Source: Kineococcus radiotolerans SRS30216 = ATCC BAA-149
Lineage (GTDB): Bacteria > Actinomycetota > Actinomycetes > Actinomycetales > Kineococcaceae
Reading direction: 5' to 3'
NCBI RefSeq assembly: GCF_000017305.1
Contig: NC_009664.2
Location: 540,001-572,000 of the forward strand
Length of the DNA: 32,000 nucleotides
Under the pieces are notes generated by a model, which saw nothing but the letters and a program-made list of their open reading frames with translations, was not told where the DNA came from and ran no database searches. The stretch's first letter is position 1; the number at the start of each line of letters is the position of its first letter. Below are positions 20,265 through 28,649 of the stretch, in pieces. The translations under genes were made by a program, and so were the position numbers.

Positions 20265-21725
20265 GTGAGCATCGAGTCGCTGACCCGTCTGCAGTTCGCC
20301 GTGACCACGCTGTACCACTACCTCTTCGTCCCGCTCTCGATCAGCCTGGCGCTGTTCACCGCCCTCCTCCAGACCGCCCACCTGCGCGTGCGGGCCCGCA
20401 CCGCCCCGGGTGATCGCGCGGCGGAGCGCTACGGGCGGCTGTCGCTGCTCACCGGCAAGCTGCTCATGGTCACCTTCGCCGTCGGCGTCGTCACCGGCCT
20501 GGTCCAGGAGTTCCAGTTCGGCCTGTCCTGGAGCGCCTTCGCCCGCTTCTACGGCGACGTCTTCGGCCCCACCCTGGCCGTGGAGGGCATGCTCGCCTTC
20601 TTCCTCGAGGCGACCTTCCTGGGGCTGTGGTGGTTCGGGCGCGACCGGCTGCCCGCGCTGGTGCACCTGGCGACGATCTGGATCGTCGCGGTCGGCACCG
20701 CGATCTCCGCCTTCGTCATCCTCGCCGCGAACTCCTTCATGCAGAACCCCGTCGCCTACACGATCGACGAGACCACCGGGCGCGCGCGCCTGGGCAGCTT
20801 CCGCGACCTGCTGCTCAACGAGGTCAACCTCGCCGCCTTCCCCCACACCTACGCCGGGGCCGTCATGGCTGGCGGCGCCCTGGTCATGGCCGTCGGGGTC
20901 TGGCACCTGCTGCGCGGCGGGCACGCCGTCGGCTCCGAGGACTTCGCCGCCTTCCGCGCCCTCTCCCGCTTCGGCGCCTGGGCCACCCTGGCCGGCGGGG
21001 CGCTGGTCGCCGCCAGCGGCGACCTGCTCGGCAAGGTCATCACCGAGGTCCAGCCCATGAAGATGGCCGCCGCCGAGGGCCTCTACGAGACCACCACTGG
21101 CGCACCGTTCTCGATCTTCTCCTACGCCCCCCTCGGCTCCGACCGCCCCACGTTCGCGATCGAGGTCCCCGGGATGCTGTCCTTCCTGGCCAAGGGCTCC
21201 TTCTCCGCGGAGGTCCTGGGGCTGAAGGACCTGCAGGACGCCTACGCCGCGCAGTTCGGCGCCGGGGACTACACCCCCTGGATCCCGGTGGCGTTCTGGA
21301 GCTTCCGGCTCATGATCGGCGTCGGGATGCTCGCCGCCCTCGTCGCGCTGGTCCACCTGTGGGTCACACGGAAGTCCGCGGTACTCGACCCCGACCCGCG
21401 CCTGGCCCGCGGGATCCTCTGGACCCTGCCCGTCCTGCCGCTGCTGCCGCTGTTCGCCAACTCCTTCGGCTGGATCTTCACCGAGACCGCCCGCCAGCCC
21501 TGGCTGGTCTTCGGGCTCTTCAAGACCGCCGACGGGGTCTCCCCCGGGCTGTCCTTCGCCGAGGTCGCCCTCAGCCTCGCCGCCTTCACGCTCGTCTACG
21601 GCGCGCTGGCCTGGGCCTGGACGCTGCTGGTGACCCGCCTGGTGCGCCGGGGCCTGCCCGAGCTGCCCGTCCCCCAGCGCGAGGACGAGAGCCACGACCA
21701 CGACACCCACGCCGTCAGCTACTGA
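20265..21725 (+). CDS. cydA: Cytochrome bd oxidase subunit I
   Basis: 486 aa. LTRLQFAVTTLYHYLFVPLSISLALF..., Q-loop region, MKMAAAEGLYET. AGGAA 6 nt before the GTG. Confidence 0.95.
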   Translation: MSIESLTRLQFAVTTLYHYLFVPLSISLALFTALLQTAHLRVRARTAPGDRAAERYGRLSLLTGKLLMVTFAVGVVTGLVQEFQFGLSWSAFARFYGDVFGPTLAVEGMLAFFLEATFLGLWWFGRDRLPALVHLATIWIVAVGTAISAFVILAANSFMQNPVAYTIDETTGRARLGSFRDLLLNEVNLAAFPHTYAGAVMAGGALVMAVGVWHLLRGGHAVGSEDFAAFRALSRFGAWATLAGGALVAASGDLLGKVITEVQPMKMAAAEGLYETTTGAPFSIFSYAPLGSDRPTFAIEVPGMLSFLAKGSFSAEVLGLKDLQDAYAAQFGAGDYTPWIPVAFWSFRLMIGVGMLAALVALVHLWVTRKSAVLDPDPRLARGILWTLPVLPLLPLFANSFGWIFTETARQPWLVFGLFKTADGVSPGLSFAEVALSLAAFTLVYGALAWAWTLLVTRLVRRGLPELPVPQREDESHDHDTHAVSY

Positions 21726-21740
21726 GATCGGGAGACCGCG

Positions 21741-22781
21741 ATGACATCCTGGGTGGACCTGCCCGTCCTCTGGTTCGGCGTGACCGTGCTGGCCTGGGTG
21801 CTGTTCTTCGTCCTGGAGGGCTTCGACTTCGGCGTCGGGTTCCTCGGGCCGCTGCTGGGGCGCACCGACGCCGAGCGCGGCGCCGCCCTGCGCACCGTCG
21901 GCCCCGTCTGGGACGGCAACGAGGTGTGGCTGGTCGCCGCGATCGGCGTCACCTTCGCCGCGTTCCCCGACTGGTACGCCGCGCTGCTCTCCGGCCTCTA
22001 CCTGCCGATGATCGCGCTGCTGCTGCTGCTGGCCGTGCGCGGGGTGGCCATCGAGTTCCGCGGCAAGCACGACAGCGCGAGCTGGCACCGGCGCTGCGAC
22101 GCGTTCCTGGCCACCAGCTCGCTGCTGCTGGCCGGGACCTGGGGCGCCGTCCTGGGCGCCCTGGTCACCGGGCTCGCCCTCGACCCCGGCGGCGAGGTCC
22201 ACGGCGGCGGCCTGAGCCGTTCGCTGGCCCCGATCCTGGGGCCCTGGGCCGTCCTCGGCGGCTTCGCCGGGGTCCTGCTCACCACCGTGCACGGGGCGAC
22301 GTTCCTGGCCCTGCGCACCACCGGCCCGGTCCGGGCCCGGGCCCGCCGCCTGGCCGTGGCGACCGCGCCCGCCCTCGTCGTCATCGCCCTGGCCCTGTTC
22401 ATCGCCGCCGGTCACGCCGCCGTCGCCGCGGCCGCCGCCCTGCTGGCCCTGGCCGCGGTCGCGGCCTGGCGCGGCGCGGAGGCGCTGGCCTTCGCGGCGA
22501 CGTCGGTCGCCGTCGCCGGTAGCGTCGTGGCGGTGTTCACCGCCCACCTCGCCGACGGCTCGTGGGTGCTGCTGCCGAGCACGCTCTCCAGCGCCAACGA
22601 CGTCACCCTGCGGGCGGCGGCGGCCTCCGAGGGCGCCCTGCAGCTCATCACCGTCGCCGGCGTGGTGGTCCTGCCCGCCGTGGTGGTCTACCAGGTGTGG
22701 TCGTACTGGGTGTTCCGCCAGCGGGTGTCGACCGGCCCCGCCCCGCGGTGGGCCCGCCCCCGCGTCCCCGCGGCCCGGTGA
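21741..22781 (+). CDS. cydB: Cytochrome bd oxidase subunit II
   Basis: 346 aa. LPVLWFGVTVLAWVLFFVLEGFDFGVG, VWDGNEVWLV motifs. Follows cydA by 15 nt. Confidence 0.95.
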   Translation: MTSWVDLPVLWFGVTVLAWVLFFVLEGFDFGVGFLGPLLGRTDAERGAALRTVGPVWDGNEVWLVAAIGVTFAAFPDWYAALLSGLYLPMIALLLLLAVRGVAIEFRGKHDSASWHRRCDAFLATSSLLLAGTWGAVLGALVTGLALDPGGEVHGGGLSRSLAPILGPWAVLGGFAGVLLTTVHGATFLALRTTGPVRARARRLAVATAPALVVIALALFIAAGHAAVAAAAALLALAAVAAWRGAEALAFAATSVAVAGSVVAVFTAHLADGSWVLLPSTLSSANDVTLRAAAASEGALQLITVAGVVVLPAVVVYQVWSYWVFRQRVSTGPAPRWARPRVPAAR

Positions 22782-22788
22782 CCCGCCG

Positions 22789-25700
22789 GTGAGCGCGGCC
22801 ACCCGCCCCCGGGGACCCCTCGACCCCCGCCTGCTGCGCCACGCCCGCCCGGCCCGGGCGGGGATCGCCGCGATCGGGGCCGTCGAGGTCGTCGCCGCGG
22901 GGCTGCTCCTCACCCAGGCGTTCGCCCTCACCGACCTCGTCGTCGCCCTCTGGCGCGGCACGGCGGCCTCGGGGGCCCTGGCCCTGCTCGCCGGGGCCGT
23001 CGGCGGGCGGGTCCTGACCTCCTGGGCCGCGGCGCGGCTGTCCCAGCGCACCGCGACGGCCGTGCGCCGGGACCTGCACGAGCAGGTCCTGGCCCGCGTC
23101 CTGCGGCTGGGACCGGCCTGGGTGGAGCGGTTCGGGCGCGCCCGGGCCTCCGCCGTCCTCACCCAGGGCCTGCCCGCCCTCGACGGCTGGTTCACCCGCT
23201 ACCTGCCCGCCCTCGTCCCCGGGGCGCTGCTGCCTCCGGTGGTCCTGCTGCTGCTGGCCCGCCTGGACCTGCGCTCCGCGCTCACCGTCGCCCTGACCCT
23301 GCCGCTGGTCCCGGTCTTCGCCGTCCTGCTCGGCCGCGCCGCCCAGGCCCGCGCGGACCGGCAGTGGCACGTCCAGCGCACCCTGTCCGCGCACTTCCTC
23401 GACACCGTGCGCGGGCTGCCGACGCTGCGCGCGCACCGCCGGGCCCAGCGCCAGGTCGCGGCCGTCGCGGCCGTCACCGACGCCTCCCGCCGGGCAACGA
23501 TGTCGGTGCTGCGCGTGGCGTTCCTGTCCTCCACCGCCCTGGACCTGGTGGGCACGCTGTCCACCGGCCTGGTCGCGGTCACCGCCGGCATGCGCCTGGC
23601 CGGGGGGACCCTCGACCTGCGCACCGCCCTGCTGGTCATCCTCCTCACCCCCGAGGCCTACCGGCCGCTGCGGGAGGTCGGGGCCCGCTTCCACGACTCC
23701 GCCGACGCCACCGCGGTGATCGACGACGTCGACGAGGTCCTCACCGCCCCGGTGCCCCCCGTCGCCGCCGGCACCGCCGCGGGGGTGCGGCTGCGGGGGG
23801 TGCGGGTGCGCCGCGACCACGGGGGCGACGGGGGCGGCGCGGGGGGCGACGTGCTGGACGGGGTCGACCTCGACGTCGCCCCCGGGGAGCTGCACGCCCT
23901 CGCGGGGGAGTCCGGGGCGGGCAAGACCACCCTGGCCCGCGTCGCGGCCGGGGTCCTCGTCCCCGACGGCGGGAGCGTCGAGCACACCCTCGACGGTCTC
24001 CTCCACCTGCCCCAGCGGCCGTCCTTCCCCCACGCCGGGACGGTCGCGCAGGCCGTCCGCGCCGGGCGCACGGCCACCGACGAGGAGGTCCGCGCGGCCC
24101 TCGACCTCGCCGCCGCCCCCGACCTCGCCCTGGACACCGCCCTGGGCGAGGACGCGGCGGGGCTCTCCGCCGGCCAGCGCCAGCGGGTGGCGCTGGCCCG
24201 CACGTTCCTCACCGCGCGCACCGGGACCGGGACCCTCGTGCTGGACGAGCCGACCGCCCACCTGGACCCCGCCGCCGAGGCCGTCGTCGTCGCCGCGCTG
24301 CGCGCCCTGGCCCACGAGCGGGGCTGGGCCGTCCTCGTCGTGGCCCACCGCCCGGCCCTGCTGGCCGCCGCCGACCGCACCACCACCCTCACTCGTCCCG
24401 CCGCTCCCCCCGCCTCCCCCGCCATGGCACCCTCGCCCGCGCCCGCCCGCCCCGGGTCCGGTGCCGCCCGCCCCGGCGCGGTCGCGGACCTCGCGGGGGC
24501 GTCGCGCGGACCCCGGCGCGGGGCGGGCGCGCTGGCCGTCCTCGCTGGGGTCGCCGCGGTGCTGGCCGCCGCCACCCTGACCGCCGCCGCGACCTGGCTG
24601 ATCGTGCGCGCCGCCGACCGCCCCCCGGTGCTGACCCTGTCGGTGGCCGCCGTGGTCGTGCGCGCCTCCGCCACCGCCCGGCCCCTGCTCGTCTACGCCG
24701 AGCGCCTGCTCAGCCACGACACCGCCTTCGCCCGCCTGGCCCGCTGGCGCTCCGACGTCGTGGCCGCCCTGATCCCGCGCCTGCCGGGCCCGCTCTCGCG
24801 CCGGCGCTCCGGGCGCTCGGGGGAGCTGCTCGTGCAGCTCGTCGAGGACGTCGACGCCCGCGTGGACGGGCTGCTGCGCTTCCGCCACCCCGTCACCGTC
24901 ACCGTCACCGCGCTGGTCCTGGCCCTGGCCGCGGCGGCCGCCGTGGACGTCCGCTCCGCCCTCGCCGCGCTGCCCGCCGTGGCCGTCGTCGTCCTCGCCG
25001 CCCCGGCCCTGGCCGCCCGCGCCGAGCGCCGCGACCGCGCCCACCGCACCGAGGTCGGCGCCCTCGCCGCGGCGACGGTGGAGACCCTCGACGCCGTCGA
25101 GGACCTGCGCACCCTGGGCAGCGCCGACCCGCTGGCGACGGTACGCCGCCGGGTCTCCGCCCTGGCCCGGGCGGAGACCCGGCGGGCGCGGGCGGCGGCG
25201 GCGACCGCCGCCCTCACCGCCCTGGGCACCGGGGGCGCGGTGCTCGCCCTGGCCCTCGTCGCCGGGCTCACCGCCCCCGCCGGTGGGCCAGGGGTGGCCT
25301 GGGTCGCCGCGGTCGTCCTGGCCGGGCTCACCGTCGCCGACGCCGCCCGCGGCCTGCCCGACGCCGCGCGCGCCCGCGAACGCGCCCGCGAGGCCCGCCG
25401 CCGCAGCGAGGCGCTGCTGGCCACTCCCCCGGCGGCCGTGGAGCCCTCCGCCCCGCGCGCCCCCGGCCCGCCCCGCGACCTCGTGCTCAGCGTGCGCGGC
25501 CTGCGCGCCGGCTGGGGGGAGGACTGCCTGCGCGGGCTGGACCTGGACCTGCGCCGCGGGGAGGTCGTGGCCGTGCGCGGGGCGTCGGGTTCGGGGAAGT
25601 CGACGCTGGCAGCGGTGCTGCAGCGCTTCCTGGACCCCCGCGCCGGGCGGGTCCTGCTCGACGGGGTGGAGGTGACCGGGCTGGCCGGGGACGACGTCCG

Positions 25701-26151
25701 CGCGGTCGTGGGCCGGGTCGCCGACGACGAGCACGTGTTCGCCACGACGCTGCGGGAGAACCTGCTGCTGGCCGCACCCGGTGCCGGGGACGAGGCGCTG
25801 ACCGCGGCGCTGCACCGGGTCCGCCTGGACGACTGGTCCGCGGCGCTGCCGCGGGGGCTGGACACCCGCCTGGGCGACGGCGGGGAGCCGATGTCCGGCG
25901 GGGAGCGCCGCCGGCTGGCGATGGCGCGCGCCCTGCTCGCCGACGTGCGGGTCCTCGTGCTGGACGAGCCGTCCGAGGGCCTGGACGAGGAGACCGGGAC
26001 CCGGTTGCTGGGCGACCTGCTGGACGCCCGCGGGGAGCAGGCGGTGCTGCTGCTGGCCCACCGCGCCGAGGGCGTCGACCGCGCCGACCGCGTCCTGGAC
26101 CTCGTCGACGGAGCGTTGACCGGAGTTCCCACCCTCACCCGGTCGGTCTAG
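22789..26151 (+). CDS. cydDC: Fused CydD-CydC thiol-reductant ABC exporter (two TMD-NBD halves in one reading frame)
   Basis: 1120 aa with no stop between the halves. NBD1: GESGAGKTTLARV, LSAGQRQRVALAR, LVLDEPTAHLD. NBD2: GASGSGKSTLAAV, MSGGERRRLAMARAL, VLVLDEPSEGLD. Pro/Ala-rich linker around 24400-24520. Lies directly after cydAB. Confidence 0.85.
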   Translation: MSAATRPRGPLDPRLLRHARPARAGIAAIGAVEVVAAGLLLTQAFALTDLVVALWRGTAASGALALLAGAVGGRVLTSWAAARLSQRTATAVRRDLHEQVLARVLRLGPAWVERFGRARASAVLTQGLPALDGWFTRYLPALVPGALLPPVVLLLLARLDLRSALTVALTLPLVPVFAVLLGRAAQARADRQWHVQRTLSAHFLDTVRGLPTLRAHRRAQRQVAAVAAVTDASRRATMSVLRVAFLSSTALDLVGTLSTGLVAVTAGMRLAGGTLDLRTALLVILLTPEAYRPLREVGARFHDSADATAVIDDVDEVLTAPVPPVAAGTAAGVRLRGVRVRRDHGGDGGGAGGDVLDGVDLDVAPGELHALAGESGAGKTTLARVAAGVLVPDGGSVEHTLDGLLHLPQRPSFPHAGTVAQAVRAGRTATDEEVRAALDLAAAPDLALDTALGEDAAGLSAGQRQRVALARTFLTARTGTGTLVLDEPTAHLDPAAEAVVVAALRALAHERGWAVLVVAHRPALLAAADRTTTLTRPAAPPASPAMAPSPAPARPGSGAARPGAVADLAGASRGPRRGAGALAVLAGVAAVLAAATLTAAATWLIVRAADRPPVLTLSVAAVVVRASATARPLLVYAERLLSHDTAFARLARWRSDVVAALIPRLPGPLSRRRSGRSGELLVQLVEDVDARVDGLLRFRHPVTVTVTALVLALAAAAAVDVRSALAALPAVAVVVLAAPALAARAERRDRAHRTEVGALAAATVETLDAVEDLRTLGSADPLATVRRRVSALARAETRRARAAAATAALTALGTGGAVLALALVAGLTAPAGGPGVAWVAAVVLAGLTVADAARGLPDAARARERAREARRRSEALLATPPAAVEPSAPRAPGPPRDLVLSVRGLRAGWGEDCLRGLDLDLRRGEVVAVRGASGSGKSTLAAVLQRFLDPRAGRVLLDGVEVTGLAGDDVRAVVGRVADDEHVFATTLRENLLLAAPGAGDEALTAALHRVRLDDWSAALPRGLDTRLGDGGEPMSGGERRRLAMARALLADVRVLVLDEPSEGLDEETGTRLLGDLLDARGEQAVLLLAHRAEGVDRADRVLDLVDGALTGVPTLTRSV

Positions 26152-26238
26152 TCCGTCGTAGCCCCCTCCGCCCTCCCCGTGCTTACCCTGGGCGCCCGCT
26201 CCGCGCCGCCAGGCGAGAACCGACCCGGGGGTCAGCAC

Positions 26239-26955
26239 GTGCTCGAAGTCTCCGTCACACCCCGTCAGCTGCTCGTCGCGCTGCTCACCGCCGTCGCCGC
26301 GCTGTCCACGGTCAGCTACCTGTTCCTCCTGGCGACCGTCGGGTTCGGCGTCGACGCCGGCCCGGTCGTCGCCGCCCGCAAGTTCGTCGACGTCAACGCC
26401 GAGACGAACCTGCCGTCGTGGTTCTCCGCGGTGCTGCTGACCGTCGTCGGGCTGGTGACGTTCGAGTTCGGCCGCCGGCTCCTGGTGGCCGGCGCGCGGT
26501 GGCGCTGGCACTGGGTGTTCCTGGGCGTGGGGTTCGGCTACCTGTCGCTGGACGAGCTCGTCGGCCTGCACGAGAAGCTGGTCGCGCCGATGACCGCCGT
26601 CGTCGGCGACGGCGGCGTCTTCCGCTACGCCTGGGTGGCCGCGGCGCTGCCCGCCGTGGTGCTCGTCGCCCTGCTCTACGCCCGGTTCCTGCTGGCCCTG
26701 CCCCGCCGGGCGGCCGCCCTGACCCTGCTGGCCGGGGCCCTCTACGTCGGGGGTTCGGTGGGGCTGGAGATGGTCGCGAACGCCCTCAGCGACGCCGGGT
26801 ACAGCGAGCAGGGGCTGTTCCTCGGGACCCTGCAGGCGCTGGAGGAGGCCTGCGAGATGGCCGGTCCCGTGGTCTTCCTGCACGTCGTGGCCGGGTTGGC
26901 GCAGCGCGGACGCGTCGTCGACGTGTCCGCGCCGCGGCCGGTGGTCAGGGGCTGA
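26239..26955 (+). CDS. Hypothetical integral membrane protein (~6 TM)
   Basis: Start provisionally at GTG 26239 (GGGGG 7 nt upstream; the ORF track gives 26179). Six hydrophobic segments, e.g. LLVALLTAVAALSTVSYLFLLA, LPSWFSAVLLTVVGLVTFEF, WHWVFLGVGFGYLSLDELV. No recognisable family motif. Confidence 0.55.
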   Translation: MLEVSVTPRQLLVALLTAVAALSTVSYLFLLATVGFGVDAGPVVAARKFVDVNAETNLPSWFSAVLLTVVGLVTFEFGRRLLVAGARWRWHWVFLGVGFGYLSLDELVGLHEKLVAPMTAVVGDGGVFRYAWVAAALPAVVLVALLYARFLLALPRRAAALTLLAGALYVGGSVGLEMVANALSDAGYSEQGLFLGTLQALEEACEMAGPVVFLHVVAGLAQRGRVVDVSAPRPVVRG

Positions 26956-26991
26956 CCCGACTCGCCCCAGCCCGCCTCACCTCAACCCCGT

Positions 26992-28443
26992 TCACTTCAG
27001 CCCCGCCTCGGCGGCCTGCACCGCGGCGAACTCCTCCTCCGGGGCGCTGGCCACGAGGTGGTGGCGGGAGTGGAACCAGAAGTAGGCGAGGAACGCGACG
27101 AACACGGCGGCGGTGATGCCCGCGGCCAGCTCGTCCACGAAGAACGTCGCGACGACGGCCGTCGCGGACAGCACGAGGGCGATCCCGGTGGTGACGACCC
27201 CGCCGGGGGTGCGGTACGGACGTTCCAGGTCCGGTTCCCGGCGGCGCAGCACGATGTGGGAGAGGTTCATCAGGACGTAGGACACCGTCGCCCCGAACAC
27301 CGCGATGTTGATGAGCAGCGCCCCGTTCCCGGTGATCGCGGCCAGGGCGAAACCGATGGTGGCGGGGACGACGAGCGCGACGTAGGGCGTCTTGCGCCGG
27401 CCCGTCACCGACATCCACCGCGGCAGGTACCCGGCGCGGGACAGGGCGAACAGCTGCCGGGAGTAGGCGTAGACGATGGAGAAGAAGCTCGCCACCAGCC
27501 CGGCCAGGCCCACCCAGTTCACGACGGTGGCGAGGACGCTGTCCCCGCCGGCGGCGATGCGCGCCGCCTCCGGCAGGGGGTTCCCGGAGGCCTGCATGGC
27601 TGAGGAGCCCGCCGCGCCCGGGGCGAGCAGAAGCACCGCGGCGCCGAACACCAGCAGGATCAGCATCGCGGCGATGATGCCGCGCGGCATGTCGCGGCGG
27701 GGGTCGCGCGCCTCCTCCGCGGCCAGCGGGACGCCCTCGACGGCGAGGAAGAACCAGATCCCGTAGACGAAGGCGGCGAGGACCCCGGCGTAGCCGAAGG
27801 GCAGGAACGAGGAGGAACCGGCGGAGCCGTCGGGGGCGATGTCGAAGAGGTTGGACCACTGGAAGTGCCCGACCATCCCCACGGCCCAGGCGACCAGGGC
27901 GACGACGGCCAGGGCGGTGATGCCGAAGATGACCTTCATCGCCTCCCCCACCCCCCACAGGTGGACGCCGACGAACACGACGTACGCGGCGAGGTAGATG
28001 GGCCACGGGTTCGCGTCGGTCATGAACCCCAGGGCCTGGACGTAGCCGCCGATGAACGTGGCGATGGCGGCCGGGGCGATGGCGTACTCGATGAGGATGG
28101 CGATGCCGGTGGCGTAGCCGCCGAGCGGGCCGAGGGCGCGGCGGGCGAACCCGTAGCCGGCGCCGGCCACCGGCAGCGAGGAGGACAGCTCCGCGAGCCC
28201 GAACACCATGCACGTGTACATGACGCCCATCAGCACGAAGGCGATGAGCAGCCCGCCCCAGCCGCCCTCGGCGAGGCCGAGGTTCCAGCCGGAGAAGTCC
28301 CCGGAGATGACGTAGGCCACCCCCAGGCCCGCCAGCAGCACCCAGCCGGCGGCGCCGCGCTTGAGCTGGCGCTGCTGCAGGTACTCGACGGACACGTCGT
28401 CGTAGCCGACGCGGGACGGGGTGGAGCTTCGTTGCGCGCTCAT
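26992..28443 (-). CDS. APC-superfamily amino acid/amine permease, ethanolamine-permease-like (start re-set)
   Basis: ATG 28443 has GGAGG 6 nt upstream. Product MSAQRSSTPSRVGYDDVSVEYLQQRQLKRGAAGWVLLAGLGVAYVISGDFSGWNLGLAEGGWGGL... resembles the ethanolamine permease family N-terminus, with about 12 TM. The 81 upstream codons in the ORF track are Arg/Pro-rich. Confidence 0.75.
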   Translation of the reverse strand: MSAQRSSTPSRVGYDDVSVEYLQQRQLKRGAAGWVLLAGLGVAYVISGDFSGWNLGLAEGGWGGLLIAFVLMGVMYTCMVFGLAELSSSLPVAGAGYGFARRALGPLGGYATGIAILIEYAIAPAAIATFIGGYVQALGFMTDANPWPIYLAAYVVFVGVHLWGVGEAMKVIFGITALAVVALVAWAVGMVGHFQWSNLFDIAPDGSAGSSSFLPFGYAGVLAAFVYGIWFFLAVEGVPLAAEEARDPRRDMPRGIIAAMLILLVFGAAVLLLAPGAAGSSAMQASGNPLPEAARIAAGGDSVLATVVNWVGLAGLVASFFSIVYAYSRQLFALSRAGYLPRWMSVTGRRKTPYVALVVPATIGFALAAITGNGALLINIAVFGATVSYVLMNLSHIVLRRREPDLERPYRTPGGVVTTGIALVLSATAVVATFFVDELAAGITAAVFVAFLAYFWFHSRHHLVASAPEEEFAAVQAAEAGLK

Positions 28444-28542
28444 GCGGACCTCCGAGGCCAGGTGGTGCCCGAGGTGGAGCAAATGGATCGCCGTTGATCC
28501 TTTTCCGGATGGACGCCGAGCATGCCGGGTGCGGGCGGTGCC

Positions 28543-28558
28543 GTCAACGGTCTTGACA
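28543..28558 (+). promoter_or_regulatory. TTGACA -35-like hexamer overlapping a GTCAA-n5-TTGAC inverted repeat upstream of the GS-like ligase gene
   Basis: GTCAA (28543-28547), TTGAC (28553-28557), TTGACA (28553-28558). No convincing TANNNT box at 17-18 nt, so the promoter call is weak. Confidence 0.25.
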
Positions 28559-28649
28559 GCCGTCCGGGCGGGGCACTTCGATGCTCGAAATGGTTCGCCA
28601 GCGGACCATCCGGGCCGGTCCGGCCCCGGCTGACCACGAGGAGGCCCCT

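Noticed and set aside
20139-27116. Very long ORFs 20139..23195 (-), 22648..26883 (-, 1411 aa), 23364..27116 (+, 1250 aa) and 20627..22522 (+)
   Set aside because: These are antisense or alternative frames of cydA/cydB/cydDC with Arg/Gly/Pro/Asp compositions and no motifs: GC-driven stop-codon depletion.
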